Part shown: positions 18,219 to 27,976 of the stretch, piece by piece
Numbering within the stretch: position 1 is the first letter of the stretch
Layout of the letters: every line of letters starts with the position of its first letter
NCBI GenBank assembly: GCA_043800705.1
Contig: JAZDMS010000034.1
Coordinates: 1,827-65,826, forward strand
Length of the DNA: 64,000 nucleotides
Reading direction: 5' to 3'
Source of the DNA: Candidatus Altiarchaeota archaeon
Lineage (GTDB): Archaea > Altiarchaeota > Altiarchaeia > IMC4 > SCGC-AAA252-I15
The notes under the pieces: generated by a model
Databases searched by the model: none
Seen by the model: the letters and a program-made list of their open reading frames with translations, nothing else
Told to the model about the DNA's origin: nothing
Translations under genes and position numbers: made by a program

Positions 18219-19130
18219 TCATCGCGTTTGCATGTATTTTTTTACGATATACGCTATGAACGGCTTTTCGTCCTTTTCTATCTGGTATTTGTCGAGGACG
18301 TTGTAGTATTCTTCGAGGTCTTCGACTGGTATGTCTATGAGGGGGTATCGTCTCTTCCAGAGTATCCAGTTCATAAGAAGCCTCGACACTCTGCTGTTTC
18401 CGTCGGCGAACGGTTGCATCGAGATGACTTTCAGGTGTACCAGCGCTGCGAGCTCCAATGGGTGGAGCCTTTTGTTTTCCGCCCCGTACCATCTGAAGAA
18501 GTTTCCGATCTCCTTCGGCAGGCTGTCCCAGTGCGGCGGAACGTATGGGGTGCCGGCGATTTTAACGTCTCTTTCAAGTTCGTCCCTGAACTTTCCAGTG
18601 ACTGTGTCGTCTACGCCTGAAAAAAGTATCCTGTGGATTTTTTTCATGAAACTCCTGTCGAGAACTCCCTTATGCTTGGTTATTGCCGCCACCCCCAGCT
18701 TATGGTTCTCAAGTTCCCTGACAGTGAGAAGGCTCTTGATGTCCTTCGGCACGATGCCGTCCTTCAATATAAGCGCAGTCTGCCTGAGCGTCACGTTTAC
18801 GCCCGATAGTTTGCTGCTGTCATAGGTAAATCGTATGGTAAACTCCTCAGCCCTCCTTCGTCTCTCAACCAGGCTCATGGATTCATTCTCCACTCTGGAG
18901 GCTTCCCTCTTTTCCTCTATTTTTTTGGCCTCCTCGGGGGAAAGATATGCGAATATTCTCCCAAGCGGCCGCTTTCTCAAATCTTCCTCCATCTCCCTCA
19001 GCCGCTCCTTAGAAGGCAGTGTTTTTCCGATATAGCTTGTAAGATGAGCAATTTTGCCGTTTCTGCGCACGGTCCGCACAAGCCGGTAATATGTTCTGCC
19101 CCTTTGAGTCCTTTTTTCGATTGAGACCAC
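18219..19130 (-). CDS. Fic/DOC family protein with a variant motif
   Basis: QPFADGNSRVSR (canonical HPFxDGNGRxxR); YVPP and FTYDSSKLSG; more AT-rich than neighbours; GTG start. Confidence 0.88.
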   Translation of the reverse strand: MVSIEKRTQRGRTYYRLVRTVRRNGKIAHLTSYIGKTLPSKERLREMEEDLRKRPLGRIFAYLSPEEAKKIEEKREASRVENESMSLVERRRRAEEFTIRFTYDSSKLSGVNVTLRQTALILKDGIVPKDIKSLLTVRELENHKLGVAAITKHKGVLDRSFMKKIHRILFSGVDDTVTGKFRDELERDVKIAGTPYVPPHWDSLPKEIGNFFRWYGAENKRLHPLELAALVHLKVISMQPFADGNSRVSRLLMNWILWKRRYPLIDIPVEDLEEYYNVLDKYQIEKDEKPFIAYIVKKYMQTR

Positions 19131-19141
19131 ATGCCATTATA

Positions 19142-19180
19142 GGGGATACAAATATATAAATGTTAAATTTGGGGGATACA
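19142..19180. promoter_or_regulatory. Direct repeat GGGGATACA x2 flanking the fic TATA box
   Basis: GGGGATACA at 19142-19150 and 19172-19180 surrounds ATATATAAAT (minus strand ATTTATATAT). Confidence 0.45.
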
Positions 19181-19243
19181 TAGCTGGCTGATGCCGGGAT
19201 ACGGCCGTATTAACTACTAAATAGGGCAAAAGTAGTATTATTG

Positions 19244-20347
19244 ATGGGAATGGACCCGTGGACCGTCGGCGAGATAGCCGATTATGGGAAGCTGATGAAG
19301 GAGTTCGGGATGGAGCCGATGCAGGACTACCAGAAGCGCTTCGACGGCTTCCGCTATATCAGGAGAGGCATCATCTTCGGCCACAGGGACCTGGGGAGAA
19401 TCGTCGAGGCCAAGGATAAGGGCATGCCGTTCGCCCTCATGACGGGGCTTATGCCGTCGGGGAACTTCCACATGGGCCATAAGATGGTGGCCGATGAGAT
19501 CATCTGGTTCCAGGAGATGGGCGCGGACGTATTCATCTGCGCCGCGGACATCGAAAGCTACCTGATGAGGGACGTCGGGTTCGAGAAGGCGAAGGAGATC
19601 GCGGTCATGGAGTATCTGACCAACTACTTCGCGCTGGGGCTCAAGAGGAAGAATCTCCACTTCTGGTTCCAGAGCGACTACGTCAGCGAATACTACAGGC
19701 TCAGGGACATGGCATCGAAGAGGGTGACCTTCAAGGAGTTGGAGGCCATCTACGGGGAACTGTCTCCTGCCAAGATCGTGTCCGTCCTAACACAGGTCGC
19801 CGACATACTGCATCCGCAGCTGCCGGGATTCGGTGGGCCAAAGCCCGTGGTGGTTCCGGTTGGCGCGGACCAGGACCCCCATATCAGGCTCACGAGGGAC
19901 ATCGCATCGAGGCTTAACGCGGAAAGGGAAGGGAGGCAGGATATGAGATGCATCCCGCCGTCTGCGACCTATCATAAGTTCATGGGCGGCCTCCAGGGCG
20001 GGAAGATGAGCTCCTCCGACCCGAAGAGCCACATCGCATTGAACGAGGACCCGGCCGCCGCGAAGAGGAAGATCATGTCCTCCAAGACCGGGGGACGCGA
20101 TACGCTCGAGGAGCAGAAGAGGATAGGGGGGCAGCCGGAGAAGTGCATGATATACGAGCTATACCTCTACCACCTAATAGACGACGACCTCGAGTTGAGC
20201 AGGATATACCACGCATGCAAGGACGGCACGCTCCTTTGCGGGCAGGACAAGATGCATTGCGCAGAGCTGATGGAGAAGTTCCTCAAGGAGCACCAGAAGA
20301 AGAGGCAGCATGCGCAGAAAGAGGCTGAGAAGGTCCTGGAAAAATGA
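19244..20347 (+). CDS. trpS: Tryptophanyl-tRNA synthetase (archaeal type)
   Basis: TGLMPSGNFHMGH (HIGH), QVADIL, VPVGADQDPH, KMSSS; start at 19244 or 19250. Confidence 0.97.
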   Translation: MGMDPWTVGEIADYGKLMKEFGMEPMQDYQKRFDGFRYIRRGIIFGHRDLGRIVEAKDKGMPFALMTGLMPSGNFHMGHKMVADEIIWFQEMGADVFICAADIESYLMRDVGFEKAKEIAVMEYLTNYFALGLKRKNLHFWFQSDYVSEYYRLRDMASKRVTFKELEAIYGELSPAKIVSVLTQVADILHPQLPGFGGPKPVVVPVGADQDPHIRLTRDIASRLNAEREGRQDMRCIPPSATYHKFMGGLQGGKMSSSDPKSHIALNEDPAAAKRKIMSSKTGGRDTLEEQKRIGGQPEKCMIYELYLYHLIDDDLELSRIYHACKDGTLLCGQDKMHCAELMEKFLKEHQKKRQHAQKEAEKVLEK

Positions 20348-21066
20348 ATGTCCCCGAAGGCGTCATGGACGACTCGTACGCCAGGGAGAGGAAGCTGAAG
20401 AAAAGCCTCATCTTCAGATATAAGGTGAGGGCGAATGTGGTGGCAGAGGCTTCCAGGAGATTCCTAGAGCCGGGAAAACCCATCAGGGTCCTGGACTTCG
20501 GCTCCGCCGACGGCCTCACGCTCATCGAACTCGGCAGGCTCCTGCCTGATGCGACGTTCCTGGGCATAGAATATTCCGAGTCGCTCCTCAGGTGCGTCCC
20601 GAAGCTGCCCGAGAACATGCGGATAGTGAGGGGCGACATCACGAGCCTGCCGAATGAGGCCGGCGGCGGATACGACCTCGTCAGCGCATTGGCGGTCCTC
20701 GAACACCTGGATGACCCCAAGAAGGCGGTCATGGAGGCTGCGAGGGTCCTTCGGCCGGGGGGGATATTCGTCGCCACATGCCCGAATCCCTTCTGGGAGG
20801 GTCTGTCTTCCCGCATGGGCCTGCTCAAAGGCGACCACCACACGACGGAACTCGACCTGAAGAGGATGGAGGAGATCGCCGTGGGATGCGGCCTGGAGGT
20901 AGTGTCCAGGGAAAGGTTCATGCTCGCCGCCGTGACGTTCCTGCCTTATTTGGGGATACAGGTCTCCCCGTCCGGGTCCTTGGGCATCGACCGGGCGGCT
21001 TCGAGGCTTCGGATGCTGGACTGGCTCTTCACCAACCAGCTCATAATCGCCAGGAAAACCACGTGA
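20344..21066 (+). CDS. Class I SAM-dependent methyltransferase
   Basis: VLDFGSADG, VLEHL, RVLRPGG. Confidence 0.9.
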   Translation: MNVPEGVMDDSYARERKLKKSLIFRYKVRANVVAEASRRFLEPGKPIRVLDFGSADGLTLIELGRLLPDATFLGIEYSESLLRCVPKLPENMRIVRGDITSLPNEAGGGYDLVSALAVLEHLDDPKKAVMEAARVLRPGGIFVATCPNPFWEGLSSRMGLLKGDHHTTELDLKRMEEIAVGCGLEVVSRERFMLAAVTFLPYLGIQVSPSGSLGIDRAASRLRMLDWLFTNQLIIARKTT

Positions 21067-21101
21067 TAAGCATTTATTCCTAATGTGGCCTAATAATAGG
21101 C

Positions 21102-21971
21102 ATGTATTTCAGGCATCTGCGCAGGCTCATATGGTTGACGCTTTTCTTTTCCGCCGCGGGGTACGCCTCCGCCTACTACACGATGGGCATGTACATAACG
21201 CCGCCCGACTTCAGCGAAAGCCTCAATTCGACGATGGATGTGAGGCTCATTAACAGCGGCGACGAGATGGCCTACAAAGGCACCCTCCAGGTCATGCACC
21301 CGACGAGCCTAAAGTCCGATCCCATCACCTTCGGCACCATGGCCCCGAACGTGACGAACAACATGACGGTCAGAGTCCTTGCGGATGCGACCATGAAGCC
21401 GGGGACATATCCCCTGGTCACCTCGCTGGAGTTCATGGACGGCAACAATTACCCGATATACATGATATTCGAGACAGGATTCGAACTGGGCAAGACGTCG
21501 ACGACGAAGGTCTACGGGACCCTGTCCACGGCCGAACTTCCATCAGACGGGCAGGGAACGCTGACCTTGAAGATAAAGAACATGGACGAAGTCCCCCGCA
21601 CCGTGAAGACCCGCATCTTCCTCCCGGCCAGCCTTACCGCGGACAGGACTGAGGAGGATGTCCCGATCGAACCCCAGGGGGAGGCTAAAGTTGAATACCA
21701 GATTTCCAACTTCATGGCGCTGCAGGACAGCAACTTCATGGTCCTTGCCACGATAGAATACGACGACGACACCCATCATGCGACCATTGCGAGGGGGAGG
21801 GTGAAGGTGCTGGCTTCGGGCCAGGACAATGACCCGGATTATCTGTTGCCTGCCGCCGCGGCAGTCGTGGTCCTTTGCATCCTTGGCTTCGGCTACTGGA
21901 GGCTTGGCGGCCTCGGGCAGATGAAGAGGTGGCTTCTGACGCCCGGTAAAAAGCCCAGGCAGGCTAGATGA
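21102..21971 (+). CDS. Secreted Ig-fold/S-layer-associated protein with a C-terminal TM anchor
   Basis: Signal peptide; two beta-rich domains (LINSGDE..A, PGTYP, LKIKN); TM helix plus basic tail. Confidence 0.7.
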   Translation: MYFRHLRRLIWLTLFFSAAGYASAYYTMGMYITPPDFSESLNSTMDVRLINSGDEMAYKGTLQVMHPTSLKSDPITFGTMAPNVTNNMTVRVLADATMKPGTYPLVTSLEFMDGNNYPIYMIFETGFELGKTSTTKVYGTLSTAELPSDGQGTLTLKIKNMDEVPRTVKTRIFLPASLTADRTEEDVPIEPQGEAKVEYQISNFMALQDSNFMVLATIEYDDDTHHATIARGRVKVLASGQDNDPDYLLPAAAAVVVLCILGFGYWRLGGLGQMKRWLLTPGKKPRQAR

Positions 21972-23010
21972 TGGCCCTGAAGATGTCTCCACAGTAGATA
22001 GCGCTCGGTATCACTTCGCAGCCCGCCCAGCATCCAGGGCATTCGCGAACGACCTTCCTCTGCGTCTGTATCTCTTTGCCGAACCATATCTCGTCCAGCC
22101 CCTGCCTAAGCAGGTTGCCGACGATCGCAGGATGGTAAAGGCATACGGGAACGTCCCCATCGGGGAGAATCCGTATGTGCGCACCCAATGCGGCGCATTC
22201 CGGGTTCGGCTTCGAGACCCCCTTGAGTATGCGGTTCTCCAGGCCCGAGAGGTAGTATCTCTTGACCATCCTCTCCTTGAAGTCCGGTATCCGGTGCGCC
22301 GACCTCATCTTCCCGATGATCGCTGCAGCCTCCTTTTTCCCGTAGCGGTTGTAGGCTTCCGTTATGTTCCCCCCATCGGCCCCGTACAGGGGGCAGAAGT
22401 CGTAGGCCAATACCTGATGTAGACCGACGCCGAGTCCGTCGCAGAGGGTGCGCATCCCGTCGGTCAGCTGGTCTGGATTCACGATCGTCTGGTCTATCCC
22501 AAGGTAGAATCCCAGCTTCTCCCTCAGTCGGGAGAGCTCCTTCAGCGTCGAATGCGCCCGATCGAACGCGCCTTCGATCCCGCGCAAACGGTCGTGGCGC
22601 TGGTCTGGGTAGTCCAGGCTGATCTTTACGTGGAGGTTGTCCGTCCTCTTCAGGGACTTGACGGTATCCACGATCTTCGATGTGAGAAGGCCGTTGGAGG
22701 TGATGTGGACCATCCCCGGCCGGATTATGCTGTCGGCCGCGTCTATGATCTGCCCTATGTCCGGGCGCAGGAACGGCTCGCCGCCGGTCAGCCGGAGGGC
22801 ATCTAGCCGCCCCAGTTTTGAAAAGACGGAGCTTATCTGGCCGAGGTCCATCTCGGAGGAGGATTTCTTCCTCCAGATGTCGCACATCACGCATCTGGCG
22901 TTGCACCTCCATGAAACGATGAACGTGCAGAAAGACGGCCTTCTCCTTAGCCCCAACCTCGAAGCCGCGATGGAATGGAGCACCGATGACCCGCCCGACA
23001 ACCCGACCAT
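21964..23010 (-). CDS. Radical SAM/SPASM domain protein
   Basis: CNARCVMC, TGGEPFLR; SPASM-type C...GDVPVC...GN...CPGCWAGC. Confidence 0.92.
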   Translation of the reverse strand: MVGLSGGSSVLHSIAASRLGLRRRPSFCTFIVSWRCNARCVMCDIWRKKSSSEMDLGQISSVFSKLGRLDALRLTGGEPFLRPDIGQIIDAADSIIRPGMVHITSNGLLTSKIVDTVKSLKRTDNLHVKISLDYPDQRHDRLRGIEGAFDRAHSTLKELSRLREKLGFYLGIDQTIVNPDQLTDGMRTLCDGLGVGLHQVLAYDFCPLYGADGGNITEAYNRYGKKEAAAIIGKMRSAHRIPDFKERMVKRYYLSGLENRILKGVSKPNPECAALGAHIRILPDGDVPVCLYHPAIVGNLLRQGLDEIWFGKEIQTQRKVVRECPGCWAGCEVIPSAIYCGDIFRAII

Positions 23011-23054
23011 GCTTAATTAACCCCCGCTGACATATTTCCTATTTACCGGTTAAA

Positions 23055-25397
23055 ATGAAGGTAAACGGCCGTAAAAAAAGAAAAGATGCCGCCTCGGGGC
23101 GGGATTACGCGCGGGTGGCTTCATTGCTGATGGTCGCAGCTGCGATAGCGTTCAACCTGTACATCACACTGCCGCTCATGTCCTTCGGCCTCAACGACGC
23201 CGGCGACGACGGCTATCACATATCCCAGGCCTATTACCTCAAGAAGATGATCGTCGAAGACCATACCATCTTCGGGGTCGTGAACGCGCAAGGCGCAGGA
23301 TACCCCTGGAACAACAACCACCAGTTCCTCATGTACCTCACCGAAGCGCTGATAAACATCATCTCGTTCGACCGGATATCCCTCATATTCGCGCACAAGG
23401 GGCTCCTTGTGGTCTTCTACTCGTTCTACCCGGCGGGGGTCTATTTCCTTCTTCGGAAGTTCAGGCAGGCCCCGCTGGTTTGCGGCCTAGGAGCCCTGCT
23501 CGCCCCCCTACCCATCTCGGGATGGGGGCATACGACGAACGCATATTTTGTGATCGGCCTGTCTTCCCAGGCTATGGGGGCGTTCATGTTCCCGTTCGCC
23601 TTGGGCAGCTTCCATGAGGCGCTGACCGAAGGCAAAGGGCAAAGGAGGGCTGGACTCCTTTACATACTCACCCTTTTCGCCCACCCATATTACGGATTCT
23701 TCCTGTGCTTCCTGAGCGTCGTCGATCTTGCGATCCAGCTAGCAAGAAGGAGCATGGATGAGATGCTTTCGATCGTCAGGAACGCCGCCTATGCGGGGGT
23801 AATCGGGCTCCTTCTGGGCGCCTTCTGGCTCGTGCCGCTGCCGACCGCCCTCGAATACGTCCCGAGGGCCATACACATGCAGACCGCAAGGACAGCCTTC
23901 TCGCCGATGATGGAGGCGAAGGCATTCATCGGCGGCGAGCTCCTGGATGTGTCGAACAACTTCGGAGGACCGAAGGACAAGAACCTCAGATGGCCGGTCA
24001 ACACGGGGAGGGGGCGGCTTCCGATACTTACTGCGCTCACGATCATCGGGCTCGGATATGCGCTCGTAAGGAGGGACCGCTTCAGCATATTCTGCCTCCT
24101 CGTCTTCGGCATGTCGATGGTCCTCATGATCGGGGAGAGCGGGCTTTCAACCCTGGAGTATCTGCCTTTCGCAGACCATGCGAACCCGAAAAGGTTCATC
24201 TTCGTCTTCGACCTGTTCGCGGTGCTTCTATCGGCCCAGGCGCTGCACATGATACTTGACAAGTCGTTCGGTTTCTTAACAAGGTACGTCAACAACATCG
24301 CCGCCTTCGCGGTCTGCGGGATGCTCCTTGCGGTGGTGGTATACACGCCCTACAACGAGCGGATGCTCTCCGCAAAGAAGGACGTGAACCTGATATCGTA
24401 TTGGCTGCCTAGCTTCGAAAAGATACGGAATGCCATCGACTCGGACGGATTGGACGGGAGGATGTATGGCGACGGGGAGACGGGGGTCAATACCGCGCCC
24501 ATAATCTTCTCCCAGTCGTGGCTCCTTGACAATCCCTACATGCGCAGGATCTATGTGACAAGGTTCTACGGGAACCTGATGGACTACCCCAACATATTCC
24601 GCCTGTTTAACATAAGATACATGCTCATGGGCGCAGGCCAGAAATTGACAGACGTGATGGAGCCCATGACAGAACAGCTCTACAAGGACAGGCTCTACAG
24701 GCTGTACAGGGTCGACGGAGACTTCGGATACCTGTCTATGAACCACAAGAAGCCGGCGCTCGTTGCGACTAGCGAGGAGGGATGGAGGGAGATCTCTGAG
24801 ACCTGGATAAGATACTACAAGAACGCATCCAACCCGGACCACATGCCCCTGCTTGTCCAATACGGCGGCCCGGACGTCTCCGCAGAGGATTATTCGCAGC
24901 TTATCCTCTACGACAGGACCGTAGAACCATCGGTGTATTCCGGATTCGGGAACAGGACCCTCGTAACCACCGTCCTCAACACTCTTGTGAAGGCGGCGAT
25001 AAAGGACTCGAAAAAGGGCAAGGTATCCGACAGTATAGACGTCGTATCCCACAAAGGCCAGTCGATCAGGGCGAACGTCGAGAGCGACGGGGGGCTCCTC
25101 GTCTTGAAATACACATACCACCCCAACTGGAGGGCATACGTGGACGGCAGGGAAGAGAAGACCATGCAGGCATCTCCTGAGTTCCCCGCCGTATTCCTGA
25201 GCCCCGGAAGGCACGAAGTCGAGTTCAGATACGAGAAGGCCCCGTGGCAGAAGGCCCTCGACATGGTCTCTGCGCTCACGCTGCTTTTCGTCCTAATCCC
25301 GTCCTGGGCGCTGGATAGGGCTTCTTCGGGGCTGATGAAGAGGCTGAGGGGGAGACGCCCACCCCGTTTGCCAAAACCAGGGAGGAAAAGGCCCTAA
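23055..25397 (+). CDS. Polytopic GT-C-like membrane protein (YfhO-like C-terminus)
   Basis: Many TM helices, an early acidic loop (GDD), and YHPNWRAYVDG...PGRHEVEFRY. Confidence 0.75.
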   Translation: MKVNGRKKRKDAASGRDYARVASLLMVAAAIAFNLYITLPLMSFGLNDAGDDGYHISQAYYLKKMIVEDHTIFGVVNAQGAGYPWNNNHQFLMYLTEALINIISFDRISLIFAHKGLLVVFYSFYPAGVYFLLRKFRQAPLVCGLGALLAPLPISGWGHTTNAYFVIGLSSQAMGAFMFPFALGSFHEALTEGKGQRRAGLLYILTLFAHPYYGFFLCFLSVVDLAIQLARRSMDEMLSIVRNAAYAGVIGLLLGAFWLVPLPTALEYVPRAIHMQTARTAFSPMMEAKAFIGGELLDVSNNFGGPKDKNLRWPVNTGRGRLPILTALTIIGLGYALVRRDRFSIFCLLVFGMSMVLMIGESGLSTLEYLPFADHANPKRFIFVFDLFAVLLSAQALHMILDKSFGFLTRYVNNIAAFAVCGMLLAVVVYTPYNERMLSAKKDVNLISYWLPSFEKIRNAIDSDGLDGRMYGDGETGVNTAPIIFSQSWLLDNPYMRRIYVTRFYGNLMDYPNIFRLFNIRYMLMGAGQKLTDVMEPMTEQLYKDRLYRLYRVDGDFGYLSMNHKKPALVATSEEGWREISETWIRYYKNASNPDHMPLLVQYGGPDVSAEDYSQLILYDRTVEPSVYSGFGNRTLVTTVLNTLVKAAIKDSKKGKVSDSIDVVSHKGQSIRANVESDGGLLVLKYTYHPNWRAYVDGREEKTMQASPEFPAVFLSPGRHEVEFRYEKAPWQKALDMVSALTLLFVLIPSWALDRASSGLMKRLRGRRPPRLPKPGRKRP

Positions 25398-25429
25398 TTA
25401 TGGCAATTTGCCAATAGGTTTATCCCACC

Positions 25430-26122
25430 ATGAAAGCATCCGTGATTGTCCCGACCTACAACGAAGCCAACAACCTAAGAAGCCTCGTCAAGAGAATCGC
25501 TGCGGCAGCAGATGTCGAGATCATCGTCGTCGACGACGCAAGCCCCGACGGCACAGGGAACGTGGCGGACGAGCTGGCGAGGAAGTACCAGCTGAAGGTG
25601 ATCCATCGTAGCGGGAAACTGGGCTTGGCGTCTGCGATAATCGAGGGGTTGAAGGCGGCATCCTGCGACATAGTGGGTGTCATAGACGCGGACCTAAGCC
25701 ATCCGCCGGAACTCTTACCGAGGCTGATCGAGCCCATTATGTCTGGTAAGGCTGACCTGGTCCTCGCAAGCAGATACGCGGACGGCGGCGGCGAGGAGAA
25801 CTGGCCGTTCTGGCGAAAGATTACCTCCCGCGGCGCGGTCATGCTCGCAAGGCCGCTGACGCCGCTTCGGGACTCGATGACCGGATACTTTTTCATGAGG
25901 AAGTCCGTTATAGACGGGGTGCCCTTGGATGCGGTCGGATTCAAGATCTGCCTCGAGGTGCAGGTGAAGGGGAAATACAACAAGGCTGTCGAGGTCCCCT
26001 ACACGTTCCACAACCGGAAGCTGGGGAAGAGCAAACTGAACTCGAAGGAGTACACGAACTACATCAGGCACCTGATAAAGCTCTACATGTACAGGCTGAG
26101 GGGCGCAAGACGCGCGGCGTGA
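25430..26122 (+). CDS. Polyprenol-phosphate glycosyltransferase (DPM1-like GT2)
   Basis: IVPTYNE, VVDDASPDGT, IDADLSHPP, ASRY, GKSKL. Confidence 0.92.
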   Translation: MKASVIVPTYNEANNLRSLVKRIAAAADVEIIVVDDASPDGTGNVADELARKYQLKVIHRSGKLGLASAIIEGLKAASCDIVGVIDADLSHPPELLPRLIEPIMSGKADLVLASRYADGGGEENWPFWRKITSRGAVMLARPLTPLRDSMTGYFFMRKSVIDGVPLDAVGFKICLEVQVKGKYNKAVEVPYTFHNRKLGKSKLNSKEYTNYIRHLIKLYMYRLRGARRAA

Positions 26123-26166
26123 TGGGAACGGCATTATTATTTACCTATTTGCCCCTATCTTAAGGG

Positions 26167-26850
26167 ATGGACGACGCCGGAGCGGTCTGGAGCAAGCATT
26201 GGTACGAGCTGAAGCACGGCAGGTCCTTCCACGGCGGGCTCTTCAGCCTCTACAGGTTTCACATCAGGGCCAGGGCTGTCAACAGGTACCTGGACAGGCA
26301 TTTTCCAAAAGACGGCGTCCTCGTGGAGTGCGGCTCCGGCTCCTCCCAGACATCGGCCAGGATCGTGAAGCGCGCAAGGAGGCTCTTCGCCATGGACATA
26401 TCCTCCGTAGCATTGGACGAGGCGCGCCAGATGAAGGTGCTCGACGGCCTGGTCAGGGCCGACATAAATAACCTCCCCTTCAAGGACGGGTCGCTGGACG
26501 GAGTGTGGAATCTCGGAGTCATCGAACACTACGGCATGGAAGAGATCCGCGCCGCCCTGGGGGAATTCCACCGCGTCATGAAGGGTGGCGGGACCCTCAT
26601 GATGTTCTGGCCGAGCAGGATCGCCCTCGACCGCGCCGTCTTCATGGTCCTAGAGTTCTTCATCAACCTCTACGCCGGAAACGACTTCAGGTTCTTCCCG
26701 GACGAGCCAAGCAGGCTGAAGTCGAAAGATGAGGGAAAGGCTATAATGGGCAAGGCCGGCTTCTCCGACTGCGAGGTTCATTTCCCTGTTTGGGACATGT
26801 TCACGGAATACGTCGTCATCTGCAGGAAACCGTCAACCGAACAGGATTAG
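26167..26850 (+). CDS. Class I SAM-dependent methyltransferase
   Basis: VECGSGS, MDIS, LPFKDGSLD, GVIEH. Confidence 0.9.
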   Translation: MDDAGAVWSKHWYELKHGRSFHGGLFSLYRFHIRARAVNRYLDRHFPKDGVLVECGSGSSQTSARIVKRARRLFAMDISSVALDEARQMKVLDGLVRADINNLPFKDGSLDGVWNLGVIEHYGMEEIRAALGEFHRVMKGGGTLMMFWPSRIALDRAVFMVLEFFINLYAGNDFRFFPDEPSRLKSKDEGKAIMGKAGFSDCEVHFPVWDMFTEYVVICRKPSTEQD

Positions 26851-27975
26851 GGCGGCGTTGAGGACGAAGCCGTAGCTTATCAGGGCCGCATATGACCAGC
26901 TTCGCAGTATGCTGTCCCGGATCCTCGAGACTCCGTAGAACAGCAGGCCGAACCATGCCATGGATGGGACGTAGAGGTATCTGCCGATGCTGTAGACGTC
27001 CCTGAAGTTGGTATACACGAACATGGAGATGGAAAGGGCTAGCCAGACGCCCATGTAGGCCAGCATCCTGTCGCGGGATGCGTAATAAGCCAGGATCGGC
27101 AGGATAAGGAGCGCCGCATACGCGAAGACGAGCCTAAGCCCCAGGCTGATCGGCACCACAGACGCCAGATACGACAGGTAGTCCATGAACCGGTAAAGCA
27201 TGTGCACCCCGAAGTTGACCCCGCCCCATTCGGACATGACGACGGACCTGGAGAGGATGACGCGGGAGATGTAGACGAAAGGCAGGACCAACGCCGCGAA
27301 AGGGACGACCTTCAGGTCCGACGAAACCGGCCTCAACCCGCCCCTGCGCTCCAAGAGGACATAGTATGCGAAGATTATCGGCACTGCGAACACGGTTATC
27401 TCCTTTGTCAGTACGCCGACTGCGAACGCCGCGACTGAAAGCGCGTAATACGTCCGGGACCCCGTCTTGGAGTGCCTAACGTACATGAGGAGCGTCGTAG
27501 CGAAAAACAGCCCGGTCAGGCCGTGTGTTATCGCCGCCGATATCCAGGAGAATGTCTGATAGTTTGGGAAGAAGACGGCAAAGCTCGCTGCCGCTCCGAA
27601 GGACGGCAGGAATTTCCCTGTCAGCTCGTGCATGAGAAGGAATAGGACGATGGCGGATGATGCGTGGATCGCCATCCCCAAGGCGTAATACCAGTAGGGT
27701 TCATTGTCGACTGCCTTAACCATCGCAGCCCATACGAGCGTCTGGACCGGCTGGTAGTAGGTGCTCGGCGTGTATCCCGTGTTCTGCGTGTAGTCTAAGG
27801 CCTTCCAGAGCGTGTTCCTTGCCTTAGCCTCACCGTACCATTGGCCGTTGTCGAAGTCGCCGAATCCGAGCGACAGGTGCGGACTGAACAGGGCGGCGAC
27901 CAGCAATACGAGGGCTATGCATAGCCCGGCCGTCAGAAGCGCGTGCCGCTGCTTTTCCTTTCCATTTTTTGCCAT
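26833..27975 (-). CDS. GT-C fold membrane glycosyltransferase
   Basis: GDFD loop, YYQPV, LTKE, GRYLYVP; many TM helices. Confidence 0.75.
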   Translation of the reverse strand: MAKNGKEKQRHALLTAGLCIALVLLVAALFSPHLSLGFGDFDNGQWYGEAKARNTLWKALDYTQNTGYTPSTYYQPVQTLVWAAMVKAVDNEPYWYYALGMAIHASSAIVLFLLMHELTGKFLPSFGAAASFAVFFPNYQTFSWISAAITHGLTGLFFATTLLMYVRHSKTGSRTYYALSVAAFAVGVLTKEITVFAVPIIFAYYVLLERRGGLRPVSSDLKVVPFAALVLPFVYISRVILSRSVVMSEWGGVNFGVHMLYRFMDYLSYLASVVPISLGLRLVFAYAALLILPILAYYASRDRMLAYMGVWLALSISMFVYTNFRDVYSIGRYLYVPSMAWFGLLFYGVSRIRDSILRSWSYAALISYGFVLNAALILFG

Positions 27976-27976
27976 C

